64,000 nucleotides of DNA from Vicugna vicugna. Taxonomy: Eukaryota. The notes beneath the pieces were generated by a model. The model ran no database searches and was not told where the DNA came from. It saw nothing but the letters and a program-made list of their open reading frames with translations. The stretch is taken from the NCBI GenBank assembly GCA_013265495.1, contig MU058658.1:1-64000 (forward strand), written 5' to 3'. How positions within the stretch are numbered: position 1 is the stretch's first letter; each line of letters opens with the position of its first letter. This document shows positions 1-13,399 of this stretch, in pieces. The position numbers were made by a program, and so were the translations under genes.

Positions 1-654
1 TAAGCTGCTCCGAGCAAGCCCTTGTCCGACTGGCCCCCGCCTCCAGGAAAATACTGACGCTGCTGCTTGGAATGGGGTGAGGGTGGCAGTTCATCCTAAA
101 AGCAGCAGTGACTCATGGAGGGGCAGGGCCATTTTTAACTTGGGGAAGGACACAAGACCACAAGGAGGTTATTGCAGGAGGTGAGAAAGAGATGGGGAGC
201 AAGGAGAAACGGAGTGTTCTGGACGCAGGCACAGTGAGATTTAGGGCTGCTAAGATTTCCACGTCTGGGGAGGACACCTCAAGTCCTCAAGCTCAGAACA
301 AGAGACCAGAGACTAGATGGATGTGCTCGCGGTGGGGTGACCCTGCGTGTATGACAGGGACCACGAGTACCTGTAAACAAAAGGGCAGAGGCCTGTTGGG
401 AGGAGAAGAAGACACACGTGGCCCAAGCACGTGCCTCCCACAGCCCTGTCCAGCCTTGCTCGTCCCTCTGCCCGCATCACACCCCCAGCATCTCTCGCGT
501 GGACCAGACCGCGTCCTCATGGTTCTCTCCGTCTCCACCCTTCTCACCCTTGTCCATGCTTAGGCTGAACCTTACAAAGTGCAGACCCAACTGAGGGTGT
601 TCCTGGGCCGGCCTGCCCCGCGGTGACCGTGACCCCATGTCTTAAAATATAGAC

Positions 655-1140
655 TTTATTGTTATTCAGGTATGGCCCGGCCAACACATCAGGAGATGAC
701 TGCCGTCGAAATGACAGTGTGTTACTCACAGTTCCCAGGAGAAGGGGGCACGTTCTGCCACCGGGGGCCACCCGGGGTCGGGGGCCACCAGGGTCGGGCA
801 GGAGGCAGAGGAGTGAGGGAAACCATGGGTGAGGCAGGGTGAACAGGCTTAGCATGGGCTGTTGGGAGTCTTTTCAGCAGGCTCTGGAGTGGAGGGGCTG
901 CCCCGGCGGTCGGGTGCCTGCCCTGGGAGGACAGGGGCAGGCGGACAGTGGCTGGAGTGTGTGGGCCTGCCCGGAGGGGTTGGGTGTGGGCTCTGGACGG
1001 GTGGGCTTGTGTATCAGAAGTGCCCTCCCAGGCCAGCTGTTTGCACTCTCTAGGGATTGGCTACCCCTGGGAGAGGCAGTCTCCTCAGGGTCAGCAAGAC
1101 CCCAAGGTGTCCCAGCATCGGAGCATAGAAAAGAGCGAAC
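655..1140 (-). mobile_element. Old ERV-type solo LTR (MER74/MER73-like, subfamily uncertain)
   Basis: Homologous to 18345-18870 and, on the opposite strand, 26568-27575. Confidence 0.6.
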
Positions 1141-1144
1141 ACCG

Positions 1145-1595
1145 CTCAGCCAATAAAGAAGAATGAGCTAGTGCCGCTGGCGGCAACCCGGATGGGCCTG
1201 GGGATGATCGTACTGGGTGAAGTCGGTCAGACAGAGACAGACAAATACCGTGTGATATTGCTTATATGTGGAATCTAAAAAAAAAGACACAAATGAACTT
1301 ACCTACAAACCAGAAACAGACGCACAGACATAGAAAACAAATTAATGGTTACCAACAGGCAAAAGAGGTGGGGTAGAAGTTAGGAGTTTGGGGTTAACAG
1401 ATGCAAACTATTAATACAGAGTAGGTGAGCAATAGGACCTACTGTATACCACAGGAAACTACATTCAGTGGCCGTGATAACCTATTGAAAAAGAACATAT
1501 ATGTGTATAACTGAATCACTGTGCCGTATGCCAGAAACTAAGACAACATTGTAAATCAGCTATGCTTCCATTTAAAAAAAGAATACAGAAAAAAG
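1145..1595 (+). mobile_element. L1 3' end
   Basis: Typical L1 ORF2 terminus/3'UTR and A-rich tail. Confidence 0.85.
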
Positions 1596-1770
1596 AGGCA
1601 TTGTTAATACACCCAGGAGAGGGGCGAGGCAGCCCCAAGTGCCCCGTCCTCCGCGTGGGTGGTGAGGACGGGGGTCTGGGATGCGCAGGGCGGAGGGGCG
1701 AGGTAGGTGCTGCCTGGCGAGGCTTGGTCCCACCAGCCTCCTCTCCCCTTCTCAGCTCTGCCCCCCAGAG

Positions 1771-1880
1771 CAGAGCTTCTCAAACTTCAAATGCATCCAG
1801 ATCACCTGGGGAGCTAACTGAGCAAGTCTGGACGGGTGTGCATTATTCCGCGTTGCTCTTGAGTTCCCAGGTGCTAAGGG
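1771..1880. mobile_element. MER5A-like hAT remnant
   Basis: CAGAGCTTCTCAAACTTCAAATGCATCCAGATCACCTGGGGAG terminus. Confidence 0.55.
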
Positions 1881-2446
1881 TGCCCAAACTCCCTGGCTGG
1901 CCAGGGCTCTCAGTCTTAGCAGAGTCCCAGGGAACCTGTCAGTCCCAGGCAAATCGGGATGGTTGGTCACGTCACTGGTGATGGATGGCCCTGGTACCTG
2001 GGCCCTTGTTTGAGCAGCAGAGTCTTGGCTGAACCTGCCCTTCCCAGGACACTTGCTCAGACACAGAGGGGAGGTGACATTCTCCACTCTGCCGTCAGCC
2101 CGGTTCTCTCTGGGATGACCTTTCTTCCTGGTGGGCATTGCACCTTCTCCTTCCAGAGTATGGACACACTTGGGTTTTGTCCTTCTGGACAGTTCCTGCC
2201 CATCCAGGCATATTTCAGCATGCTCTGTCCCAAGATCAGGACTCGCCGTCTGTAGACATGTGAACTCACTTGTTTTCCAGCTGCCCCAGGGCAGGGTCTT
2301 TGACTGCTCCCTGTCCACACACCGCACAACAGCTAACCATTAGCCACCTAAGCCCTCTTTTCTATTCACGTGGAGCCCCAAACTCTTCTGTAGTCACCAG
2401 AGCCAGGAACAGCCTGCTCACCACAAGGCAAAGACGGTAAATATAT

Positions 2447-2529
2447 ATTTTTTTAATGGAGGTACCGGAGATTGAACCCAGGACCTTGTGCGTGCTAAGC
2501 GTGGGCTCCACCACTGAGCCATACCCTCT
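2447..2529 (-). mobile_element. tRNA-Ala-derived SINE (camelid Vic-1-like)
   Basis: Reverse complement of GGTATAGCTCAGTGGTAGAG..CTTAGCATGCA.GAGGTCCTGGGTTCAATCCCC-like head plus A tail. Confidence 0.85.
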
Positions 2530-3269
2530 TCATAGTGAGCATTTTAATAACCATGTGATGTGAAACATCTCCCTAAGGAATATGGCAACCACCAACACAC
2601 ATAAAAGGAGGGGTGAGTAAGTGTGTCTCTGTATATGTTGAACATATAGGTAACTGGGGAAAACATACCACAAGGAAAACAAAAACAATTGAACAAAGAA
2701 GCTGCCAAAAACAGATGCAACCCAGTCAAAAATTATGTGATGAATATACAAACAGACTGCAAACAGGTCCAAAAGGTCCAAAAGACAAAAATGAAGCCCA
2801 AAAGAGGTTGAGAAGAAGCTGCAAAGAGAAAAATTCAAATTATAAAGAAGTAGGAAAAAATATTCCACTTAGAGTCTGACAAACTTGATATAAAAATCAG
2901 AATATGTCACTTCCCACCATTCATATGGAAAAGGAAGGGAAAAAATAATGTGTGGGGTGGGTAAGGACACAGGATGGGGAAATGGACACATTCACAGGCT
3001 GGCGTGAACGGGAGGGCTGGTGCCACGTTTCTGATCCACATCTTAGCAATAAGTTTGAATGTCCTTTGATGGAGCAGTTCCCCATCTGGGAGTTGAGTCT
3101 TCATCAAAACCAGAAAAGAACACATCTGTAGAGTCTGTTCCAGCAGAACCAACCCAGGGAAGGTCCCTCCCCACAAAGCATTTCAGTTAAGTGGGAGAAC
3201 AGATAGGGAAAAAAAAGTGCAGAAAGATAGAACCGCGCTTTGTCAGTATCTAGAGAAGGTGGAAACGCC

Positions 3270-3500
3270 CAGTGGTTCTCATGTGGGGATGATTTTTGCC
3301 TCTTTCACCCAAGAGTGTATTTGGCAGTGCTTAGGGACAGTTCTGACTGTCACAACTTGGTGGGGAGGGGTGCTATGGCATCTGGTGAACTGAGACCAGG
3401 GATGCCACCAAGCAGCCCACAATGCACAGGACAGTCCTCTGTCCCCCAAAGGAGTAACTGGCCCAAAACATCAACCATGTTGGGGCTGAAGAAACCACTC
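3270..3500. mobile_element. MER20-like hAT remnant
   Basis: CAGTGGTTCTCA..GGGGATGATTTTTGCC start; GCTGAAGAAACCACT end. Confidence 0.65.
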
Positions 3501-4102
3501 GATAGCCCAGCCATTCTGCTTCTGTATAAACACCCTGGGGAGGGGGACTCTGTCCCTATTCCCGCAAGGACTCGGCACAAGAATGCCCATTGCAGTATCT
3601 ATCCAGTGTCATCAATGGCCTATGCTAGGGGTGGGGGCTATTCGTATTCTTTGTAGTGAAAAAAAAGTCTACTGATGGAAGAATGGAAAAATAAATCGTG
3701 GTACAGCCCTATGGAGGAATACAAGGTAGCAGATGAGAGAATGAGTCAGGCGTATCCACAGACAGAGATCTCAATGAATGAAAGTTGCGTGGAGAGAGCC
3801 GCACCCACAGCCGCCAGCCACACCTCCTGTCACCTTTGTAAGTTCCTGTGGCTGTACCAGAGCCCTCTTTCTCTGTGAGTTCACGGCTTTGAGTCAGCAA
3901 GGAACAAGGGCCATAGAGTGAATGCAGTTTGGGCTGCAGTCACACGTGGGCACAGATATCTACCCTACAGTGAGGAGAAAACCTTCCCGAGACAACTGTG
4001 GTCTGAGTTGGGGGCATGAGGGGCGCAACCATCCATTCACTCAACAAACATTTATTATGCACCTGAGGTGTGCTCGCCTGGCGTTTTGAACACCCCGGCC
4101 AT

Positions 4103-4146
4103 CACCACCACCACCACCACCACCACACACCCACACACACACACAC
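4103..4146. repeat. (CAC)n/(CA)n microsatellite adjoining module 1
   Basis: Direct reading. Confidence 0.9.
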
Positions 4147-4154
4147 TGACTCCT

Positions 4155-4281
4155 GAGCCTGGAAAATTCCAGCCTCAGTTGCGCGAGGTTGGTCGTATGG
4201 TCCGCAGCCCCCTCCTTCCCCTGCTCCAGCTGCAGTTTCCATGGCAACAGCCTGAGCCTGCCTCCCTCTGTAGAACAGGTA
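4155..4281 (+). promoter_or_regulatory. X-box module copy 1 (kB/NFAT-like palindrome + RFX X-box)
   Basis: CTGGAAAATTCCAG 4159-4172; 64-nt spacer with C/T tract; GTTTCCATGGCAAC 4235-4248; flank AGCCTGAGCC. Strand convention for modules: palindrome towards X-box. Confidence 0.8.
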
Positions 4282-4462
4282 ATTGTTCTCAAAGGGAAGG
4301 GGCAGCGTGGGGGATGGGAAGGTCTCACCCCGAAGTCCTGCAGCAGTAGGACTCACGTAGAGCTCTGGTGCCCCTTAAACGCCTCTGAATGGGAGCTTTG
4401 CAAAAGATCATCAGTTTGCCTGTGAGGGCCTCCCAGTCCCAGCGTGAAATCACACATCTTTT

Positions 4463-4923
4463 TTTTTTTTTAATGATGTAAATTAAAGTTGATTTACAAC
4501 GTTGTGTTAGTTTCTGGTGTACAACATACTGGTTCAGTTATATGTACATATATATATATTCTTTTGTTAAAACAATTTTTTTTTTTGCTTTTTTAAGGAA
4601 GGTAATTAGGTTTACTCGTTTATTTTTTTACTTATTCTTTTTTTTTTTAGTGGAGGGACTGGGGATTGAACCCAGGACCTTGTGCATGCTAAGCATGCAC
4701 TCTACCACTGAGCTACACTCTCCCCCTTATATATATATATTCTTTTTCAGAGTTTTTTCTTATAGGTTACTACAAGGCATTGAATATAGTCCCCTGTGCT
4801 GTACAGTAGGACCTTGTTGTTTATCTATTTTATATATAGTAGTTAGTATCTGCAAATCGCAAACTCCTAATTTATCCCTCCCCTCCCTTCCCCTTTGGTA
4901 ACCATGTTTGTTTTCTATGTCCA
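4463..4923 (-). mobile_element. L1 3'UTR fragment with nested SINE
   Basis: TSD CACAC(A/G)TCTTTT at 4451-4462 and 4924-4935. Confidence 0.85.
4576..4726 (-). mobile_element. Vic-1-like SINE
   Basis: tRNA-Ala-like head, A-rich tail. Confidence 0.9.
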
Positions 4924-5323
4924 CACACGTCTTTTGAGCATCAGTGACATCAGCATTATCGTTTCTTCTACTTGTTCATTTATGTGTTCATTTATTCAAC
5001 AAATATGGATTGACTGTTCCAGGAGCCGGTGGCAGGAGGACAATCAAACACCAGAAAAGGCATGCTCTTTGGTCTGAGAGCTGAGCTGCCGGCGACATTT
5101 GTTCCTTCAAACAAGATTTTTTTCAGATTCGTTTAGCAAAAGTTCATGGAAGGACCACTGCACGCCAGGGGTCACGCGAGGCGTAGGGATACATCATAAA
5201 GAAAGAAAAAACGTCACAATCCCTCCCCAGCATGCCTGGCACATAGTAGGGTCTTCAAACATCTTTAGAATGTGAATAAATGAACACGTGAATGGATTCT
5301 GTTCAACTCAAAACTGAGATTCT

Positions 5324-5862
5324 TTTTAACACGTGTTTAAGTTTTACATTCTTTCCTTTGAAGTAGAGTCAGTTTACAATGTTGCGTCAGTTTCTGGTGG
5401 ACAGCATCATGGTTCAGTCATACATATACATACTTATATTCCTTTCCATATTCTTCTTCATTATAGGTTACTACAAGATATTAAATATAGTTCCCTGTGC
5501 TATACGGTAGAAACTTTTTGTTGGTCTGTTTTATATATAGCAGTTAGTATCAGCAAATCTTGAACTCCCAAATTACCCCTCCCCACCCCCTTTACCCCCT
5601 GGTAACCATAAGTTTGTTTTCTATGTCTGTGAGCCTGCTTCTGTTTTGTAAATAAGTTAATTTGTGTCATTTTTTAAGATTCCACATTTAAGTGATATCA
5701 TACGGTATTTTTCTTTCCCTTTGTGGCTTACTTCACTTAGAATGACAATCTCCAGGTCTATCCATGTTGCTGAAAATGGCATTGTTTTATTCTTTTTTAT
5801 GGCTGAATAGTTTTCCATTGGGTGAATATACCACATCTTCCTTATCCAGTTATCTATTGATG
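5324..5862 (-). mobile_element. L1 3' end
   Basis: TSD AAAACTGAGATTCT at 5310-5323 and 5863-5876. Confidence 0.9.
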
Positions 5863-5876
5863 AAAACTGAGATTCT

Positions 5877-6135
5877 TTTTTTTTTTAATTATTGAAGTTT
5901 ATTTGGTTTACAATATTGTGTTAGTTTCTGGTGTACAGCATAGTGATTCAGTTTTATATATATATATTCATTATAGGTTATTACAAGATATTGAATATAG
6001 TTCCCTGTGATATAACATAAGACCTTGTTGTTTATCCATTTTATATATAGTAATTTGTATCTGCTAATTCCAAACTCCTAATTTATCCCTTGCCTTTCCC
6101 CTTTGGGGACCAGAAGTTTATTTTCCATGTCTGTG
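5877..6135 (-). mobile_element. L1 3'UTR fragment
   Basis: TSD at 5863-5876 and 6136-6149. Confidence 0.85.
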
Positions 6136-6349
6136 AAAACTGGGATTCTGATGCCTTTATCCATTTAACCCGATAGCATAGCTTCAAGTTTCCTTTCTTG
6201 GATGGACGGGCGGGGTTGGTTGGATGTTGAATAGCCTAGTGTTTGTCTGAGGAGGAGGAGGGAGGGCAACATTAGGGCAGGGAGAAAGAGCTGAGGACCT
6301 TCCGTTTTCTGCTTACCACCAGAAAGCTTGAGTGAGTATTTTTATAATT

Positions 6350-7130
6350 TGAGTGGAAAAAGGCCCACTAAATACAACTCTAGAACTTACAACACAGGAA
6401 AAAAAAAAAAAGATAAATTAATCTGACTCCATAAGAGCTGAAAAAGTAGATGCAGAAAAAAATTTTAAATAATATAAACCAAAGTAAGTAGGTAAAACTA
6501 CTTACAACCCAATGAGAATCAAAGAAATTATATCTTTCGTACTTTAATTGCGTTTACAAGAAATGCATTAAAAATATGGGAGAAAATGAACTTCAGAATA
6601 TACAGATGGACAGAAAAGCTTTAAAGGAGAAAATTGAAATGTTTAAAAAAAATACAAAATGATGTTCCCACTTCTTTGTACTCATATACATAGAGAGAGA
6701 CTTGAAAACCAAACTGGCAAGTCATTTTTTTCAGCTGTCAGGTGGACAAAGATTAAAATATAGACAAGCAGAGTTGGCGATTTTGTGGAAAATGGATGCT
6801 TTCCCAGGCTAGTGGGGAGAATGCAATTTGTTATAACCCTTCTGGCAAGTTCTTTTGGTAAAAGTCATCAAAGTTTAATATGTGCATGCCCTTTGACCCA
6901 GCAAATCCACCCCGGGGAATCTGCCCCCTCCCCCCACCGCAGATATTCAGAAAGATACAGACACCCACACAATGGTAAGGGCAGTCTTGCTGGGGGAGCG
7001 ACCAATGGGAAAGTTCTAGAATGTGTGCCCTGGGACGTGAGAAATGCCATCGCAGCAGGACCTTACAGACCAAAGACATACATTCGTTGCGTGATGAAGA
7101 AACTGTGTTTTGAAGGATATTTAATGTTAT
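6350..7130 (+). mobile_element. Old L1M remnant
   Basis: Degenerate ORF2 C-terminal motifs such as GCATGCCCTTTGACCCAGCAAATCCAC. Confidence 0.6.
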
Positions 7131-7514
7131 GATTCCATGTTCAATAAGCAAGAATTGGATTAAACACTTGTACACGCACCATTATTCATATTTGAGCCAA
7201 TATAGCCCACCTACTCGTCCACTTACTCAGCGCCTGCAAATGTCTCTTGAATACCCGCTGTGCGCCCACACTCCATCAGAGGATGATGGAAGGCTGAGAA
7301 TGTGTCTGTTGTCAGAAAGCGTCTATTTCCGTGAGCGAAAAAGACAGGATGCAAGTCCAAGGCCATCCTGGAGAGCACTCTGACAACACTAGGAACAGCA
7401 GCTGGTGATGTGCGTTCCCCGCCCGCTCAGGAAACCCACGCTGAGAGCTGTGCCCTGGAACAGACTCTCCCAGGTGTGGACGGAGGCCAGTTCGTTGTGC
7501 CTTTTATTCATCTG

Positions 7515-7592
7515 ATTTTTTTTTTTTTTTTTGGTGGAGGTGCTGGGGATTGAACCCAGGACCTCTGCGTGAGCTATGTACGCGCCCTTCCC
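7515..7592 (-). mobile_element. Vic-1-like SINE (internally deleted)
   Basis: GGGGATTGAACCCAGGACC B-box. Confidence 0.75.
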
Positions 7593-7805
7593 CTGACCTA
7601 TTTTCCTCCCCTCTGACAAGTGTTTATTGAGCAGAAACCATATACCAGGCGCAGCTCTGGGCGCTAGAGACATCAGGGTTGCTTGTCATAGCCACGGTGG
7701 GAAAATGGTTACAACCTGAATGTCCACCGACAAGAGAATGTGCAGATCCACTGGGGTGTGTTCACACCATCGAGTCAGGTGAACAGTTTAAAAGTTCAGA
7801 AGAGG

Positions 7806-7930
7806 CGGGAGGGTAGAGCTCCCTCTTAGCATGCAGAGGTCCTGGGTTCAATCCCCAGCACCTCCATCAAATAAAAGAGTAAATAAATAAATAAGCCTAA
7901 TTACTCACCCCCAAATTTAAAAAAAAAAAT
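7806..7930 (+). mobile_element. Vic-1-like SINE (internally deleted)
   Basis: CTTAGCATGCAGAGGTCCTGGGTTCAATCCCC. Confidence 0.8.
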
Positions 7931-8039
7931 TTTTTTAAGCAAGGAAAAGAAAGTGGGCACAACCGGCTGAATGATTAGCTGGTGGAAGACCCAGCCGCAC
8001 CCTGTCTCCCTCCCTCCCTGTTTGTGTTTCTTTATTGCC

Positions 8040-8720
8040 CTCGAAGTCTCCGAAATGTTTCCCCCGCTCTCTTGGTCCACCGCCTCTTGGCACTGTTCTG
8101 GACTCGAGAACAGAGTTCCTCGCGGAAGGCGGGCCACGCGGGCGCGGCGCGCCTCGCAGCGCACAGAGCAATGAGCGGCAAAGCCTCCCGGCCCCCGCGG
8201 ACTCGGGGAGAGGGCGCAGAACCCGGCACCTCCACCACAAACTTGTAAGGGGCACCTGCTTCGCGCTAGGCAGGCTTTCCCAATCCCCCCTCCCCGCGAC
8301 GCGCACACACAGCGTCTAACTTCGGAGCTGGAAATTTCCAGCCGCCTCTCCGGGCCCCCTCCCCTCCTCTTCCTCCGGCCGATCGGGCTACAGTTTCCAT
8401 GGCAACGGCCTGCGCCTGCCTCCGCGCACATCAGGTGACAGCTCTTGAGAGAAAACAGATGACAAAGACCAAGCCTGGGGGTTGGGGAGGCTCACACCTG
8501 CAGCCCCCCTCCCCTCCGCTCCCCTCGCCGGGTCGGGCCGTCTTTTGTGTCCGTTCCTGCTCGTCGTCAGACTGGGGTCACAGCGGAAGAACACGAACTC
8601 GGCGCCTCGGGGTCTCCGCCGGCCTCGCGGCGTCCAGAGACCTCCTGCGCGGAGCCCAGGGTATTGCTCTCGGCTTTTCAGCACGCCTTCGTTTGATTCA
8701 CTCGACGTATTGATCGAGCC
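8040..8720. promoter_or_regulatory. CpG island-like region
   Basis: Visibly dense CpG and high GC relative to flanks; not computed. Confidence 0.7.
8325..8438 (+). promoter_or_regulatory. X-box module copy 2, within CpG island
   Basis: CTGGAAATTTCCAG 8328-8341; 53-nt spacer; GTTTCCATGGCAAC 8393-8406; flank GGCCTGCGCCTGCCTCC resembles copy 1. Confidence 0.8.
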
Positions 8721-9910
8721 CCACTGTGTATGACGCTTTTCCTGGAGCTGGGGATGCAATGGTAGGCGGAACACAGCGGTGTCTGCCCCGAGACCCTGAT
8801 GTCTGAGGCATCCGTTCATCTGACACGTGCGTTTAATCATTTGACAAATGGGTACCCAGGGCTCGCCGAGTGCTGGTGGCTGGTGCAGCCCAAGGGTGTG
8901 GATGCAACAGAAACAGTCCAAAAAAAAAAAAAAAAAACCATCCCTCTGTCTTGGTGCTTTTATTCTAGTAGGGTTACAAGCGGTGAACAGTCGGACACAA
9001 AGTCACATTTCGATGAGCGCGGAGTGATGCGGAGGCTTGAGCAAGAGGGCCCAGGAGGGGATGGAAACGGAGCAGACGCAGAAGGGAAGGGAGTGAACAA
9101 GGTCTGGGGGAAGAGCGGTTCCCACGGTTGAACCAGCAGAAACAAAACCCTGGAGTGGGCTGGGTCTCTTTGAGGCTCTAGGCAAACCGCCCTGAGCGGC
9201 CAGAGCGGAAGAGGCGAGGTCAGCGGCGGAGCAAGCCCAGGGCCCGCTGGAAAGCGCCTTGGCTCGGGTTAACCAGCCTCCGTACGACGTAATGGAGACA
9301 GCGTAACTTTCATTCGTGGTGTCCATCAGTGACACAGGTGTGGGAGCCCGCGAGGAGGCGGAGGAATCACGCCCCGCGGCACACAGAGTGGCTTCGGGAG
9401 GATGGTTTACTCGGGGACCACGCTGGGCTGTGGGCCTCGGCACAGGATGCCCGACACTCAGGAGCGAACAAGACGAGAGCCGGGCAGCTGGCGTGAATTA
9501 GGGTGGCTGTCGTGGAGAGGGACACAGAGAGAGGCGTGAGGCTGGACTTGGGGCAGGACGGTGCCTCGTGCAGGGCCGTCAGTGCTACAGCTGGGAGGGG
9601 GTCGAAGGTGCTGATTGTGACGACGATGGCGGTGGTGGCAGCGATCCCCGTAACCCAGCTGTGTGACTGTGCTATGCTAGACACCTGCTGCATGCCTTCG
9701 ATTCACTCCTCGGAATCCTGAAAGGTGAGTGGTCCTCCCACAGCCCCTTACAGACGAGGTCCCTGATGCACAGGGAGGAAGACTGGAGGTCACCCGGCGT
9801 CTGGTTAAGTATGGGGCACTGGGTTCAGATTCACTTAGTGCTAATCCATCATGCCCTTCCTCTCTAAGCCCTGAGCCTCAGTTTCCTCATCTGGTTATGA
9901 GGGCCCTTGA

Positions 9911-10490
9911 TACAACGGCCAAGACATAGAAACCACCTAAATGTCCATCGACAGATGACTGGATAAAGAAGCTGTGGTATACCTATACAATGGAATACTA
10001 CTCATCCATAAAAAAGAATAAAAATACCATTCGCCTCAACACGGATGGACCTAAAGATCGTCACACTAAGTGAAGTAAGCCAGAAAGAGAAAGAAAAATA
10101 CCATATGATATTGCTTATATGTGGAATCTAAAAAAAAAAAAAGACACAAATGAACTTATTTACAAAACAGAAACAGACGTACAGACGTATAGAACAAACG
10201 TATGATTACCGGGGGAAAGGGGGTGGGGAGGGCTAAATTGGGAATTCAAGATTTGCAGATATTAACCACTATATATAAAATAGATAAACAAGTTCGTACT
10301 GTATAGCATAGGCAAATATATTCAATGTCTTGTAGTAACCTATAATGAAAAAGAATATGAAAAGGAATATATGTACGTATATATATGACTGAAACATGAT
10401 GCTGTCCACCAGAAATTGACACAACATTGTAAATTGACTATACTTCAGTTTTTTTTAATGGAAAAAAAATCCATTAAACTTACAAAAAAA
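9911..10490 (+). mobile_element. L1 3' end
   Basis: TSD GAGGGCCCTTGA at 9899-9910 and 10491-10502. Confidence 0.9.
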
Positions 10491-11329
10491 GAGGGCCCTT
10501 GAGGTCATAGAAAACCCCTTCAAATTTTATTACTTAACCACTGTAAGTATTAATATAGATAATATTATTTATCTGTATTAACAGGGGTTATAATGGAGGC
10601 TACAGGAACTCCTGACTCAGACAGATCTAAGGTTAAACTTCACATTCGAGTTTATGTTTAGCATACAGGAAGCACCCAATAAATTCGAGCTAGGTGTATG
10701 CAGCAGGCGAAGTAGGAAGCTCTTATTTCCCTCGCTAAAGATTGGAATATGTGTAGGGAGGCCACAGGGCGTCTGTGTAGGGTTGGCCAGGCTGTTTGCT
10801 GCACAAGTGGGCAAGTGAGAGGTTTGGAATGCAAACCATGCTCACCCCCCAAGCTGTGCCCTCGTGGTGCGAGGCCGCACCCTCCCAGAGAAGGGGCATC
10901 TTTTGCTACTTCATGCAGAGGCAAGATCTGGGCAAGCTGTGGTCCTGGAGGCCATCACCTCCCAGCACCAGGAATCTGGGGCACCAGATCAAGGAGATGC
11001 TGGTGTAGCAGCCCGCATTCTTGGCCTCGAGCACAGAAACCACTATGATGAACTCCAGCTGTTCAGAGAGGTGTGGAGGGGGTGATGGGTAGTGTGAGAG
11101 AAGCCAGGAAGGCTTTAGATTCCTGTGTGAGGTTCTGGAGCCAGACTCAGTCAGCAGCTGGCCACAGGACTGGCCTGGGAAGGACACACGCTACTGCTCC
11201 TGGATTCAAGAATTCACTGCTGCCTCTGCTGCCACAGGGAATGAGCTTTCACCATCCAGAAGGCATCCTCTGCTGTCCTACTAATGGGCGTGCCTTAACA
11301 ATGAGGAAGGAGAACCCTCACCCCCATAG

Positions 11330-11512
11330 CAAGAGGAGGAGGAGGAGAGACGGAGGAGAGAGAGTGGAAGAGAGAGAGAGACAGGGTGAGGGGAGAGAGA
11401 GGAAGGAAGGGGGAAAGATAGAGGGAGAAAGAGAGAAAGAGCAAGAAAAGAAGGGAGAAAGAAAAGAAAGAGGGAGAAAGGAAGGAAAAAGGAAGAAAAA
11501 TAAAGAAAAAAC
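11330..11512. repeat. Purine-rich (GA) low-complexity tract
   Basis: Direct reading. Confidence 0.9.
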
Positions 11513-12519
11513 GGCTTCATTTCAATATATTTCTGTGGATGAATTTACAAACACATACACAGGAAACAAGGTTACAAAATCATAAGGATTTTCTCCTTAA
11601 ATGTCAAGCAGTACACATCTATATCTCAATTATAATTATTCTCATTGATTTTTTTAACTAACTCATTGTAATACAGAATTTCGGAAGTCGGCTATAAATG
11701 CTTGATGCCTGTGAGGTCCCAGTAAGGTCATTCGGCACAGGAACCAGCCATCAGAATGTGAAGAGTCAACATTTTAACCCCCCAAAAAAGCAGAGAGAAA
11801 CTCATGTGCAACCAGCTCCAGGGGTGTCATCTACAGAACTGACAACCAGGCTTAAAGATGTCTCCGCTCTGGGAGTGAATGTGCCCAGAGTACTGGCTAC
11901 GTTTTACTGTTTCTGAAACAGCCTTCCCTTCCTGAGCAAGAAGGCATTATGGAGAGAGAGCTTGGACTCTCTAGTGTGGCATTCAGCTCGTTAATCAGGG
12001 GACATTCTGAGGTGGGTTGATTTATCTGGCACTTGTGCTCCGTCCAAAGGGCCGTGGGTTTCCGGGAGAAACTTCTGTCCCACATGAACTGTCTTTTCAA
12101 TTTAATTCTGGCTCAGATTCCTCTATGAGCAACAGCAACCAGGACCTTATTGAAAAACAGAGCTCCTCTGTGTGAGCACCATGGAGCCCAGTGGTCTTCT
12201 CTTTTCGGCTCCATGTGAGACTCTGCGAATGTTCTTGCCGTGACGGGCAGGGAAGGGCTTGTGAGCAGGTCACAGAAGCACAGAAGCGTGCAAGAAGAGG
12301 TCCAGGAATCTGACCACATAAAGACAGTGAGACGAAAAATTACCTCTGTTCAACACCGACACTTGAGAAAGGCAGTATATTATTCAACTCTCAGAAAAAT
12401 ACACTCTAAATAAAAAAGCAAATGGACTTTGTTTTTTAATCTGTTTTGTACGCAGTAGTTTGTGTAGCACAGGGAACTATTTTCAATTGCTTGTAATAAC
12501 CTATAATAAAAATGACATG

Positions 12520-13330
12520 AAAATAAAACAGTGAGACGCCACCTCACCCCCATTAGGATGATGAGTGTTTTTTTTAAAAATACAGAAAATACAAGTAGCC
12601 CTTCACATCTGCAGCTCAGCCCCTGCAGAGTCAACCAGATGCAGAGAGGTTCAGCTGGTTGAATCTGTGGACACTGGAGGGCCACATCTAAGGGACTTGG
12701 GTGTCCCGGAACTTGGTATCTGCCAAGGTCCTGGAGCTAGTTCCCTGCTCCAGGTGCTGCGGGAGGACCACCACAAGTACTGGAGAGGGTGTGGAGAAAT
12801 TGAAACCCTCCTACACTGTCAGTGGAAATGTAAAATGGTGTGGGCAGAGGTGTACAGCTCAGTGGTAGAGTGTGTGCTTAGCATGCATGAGGTCCTGGGT
12901 TCAAACCGTACTACCCCCCCCAAAATAAACCTAAGTACCCCCCAAAATAAAATTAAAAGTATTAAAAAAAAAAAGGAAGGGGATTCTGACATAGGCTGCA
13001 ACTTGGGTGAGCCTTGAGGACATTATGCTAAGTGCAATAAGCCAGTTAAAAAAAGACGAGTCCTGTATGATTCCGCTTATACGAGGTACCTGGAGAAATC
13101 CAATTCATAGAGGCGGAAAGTGGGATAGTGACTGCTAGGGGCTTGGGGGCTGACGGAATGGGGGGTTATTTTAGTGGGGGCAGCATTTCAGTTTAACAAG
13201 ACGAAGAGAGCTCTGGGGCTGGATGGTTGTACAACAGCGCGAATGGACTTAACACTACTAAACTGTATGCTTAGAACTGGTTAAGATGGTAAGTTTTATG
13301 GTATGTGATTTTTGGCACAATTTTTAAACT
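12520..13330 (+). mobile_element. Old L1M 3' region with nested insertions
   Basis: L1MB-like 3' motifs (GAGGACATTATGCTAAGTGCAATAAGCCAG..TTAAGATGGTAAGTTTTATG). Confidence 0.7.
12842..12973 (+). mobile_element. Vic-1-like SINE
   Basis: tRNA-Ala-like head. Confidence 0.85.
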
Positions 13331-13399
13331 CTTTAAATTGTGTATATGTATTTGTAGAGAGATGAGACTACAGTTAACACAGATCGGGGGGAATTCATT

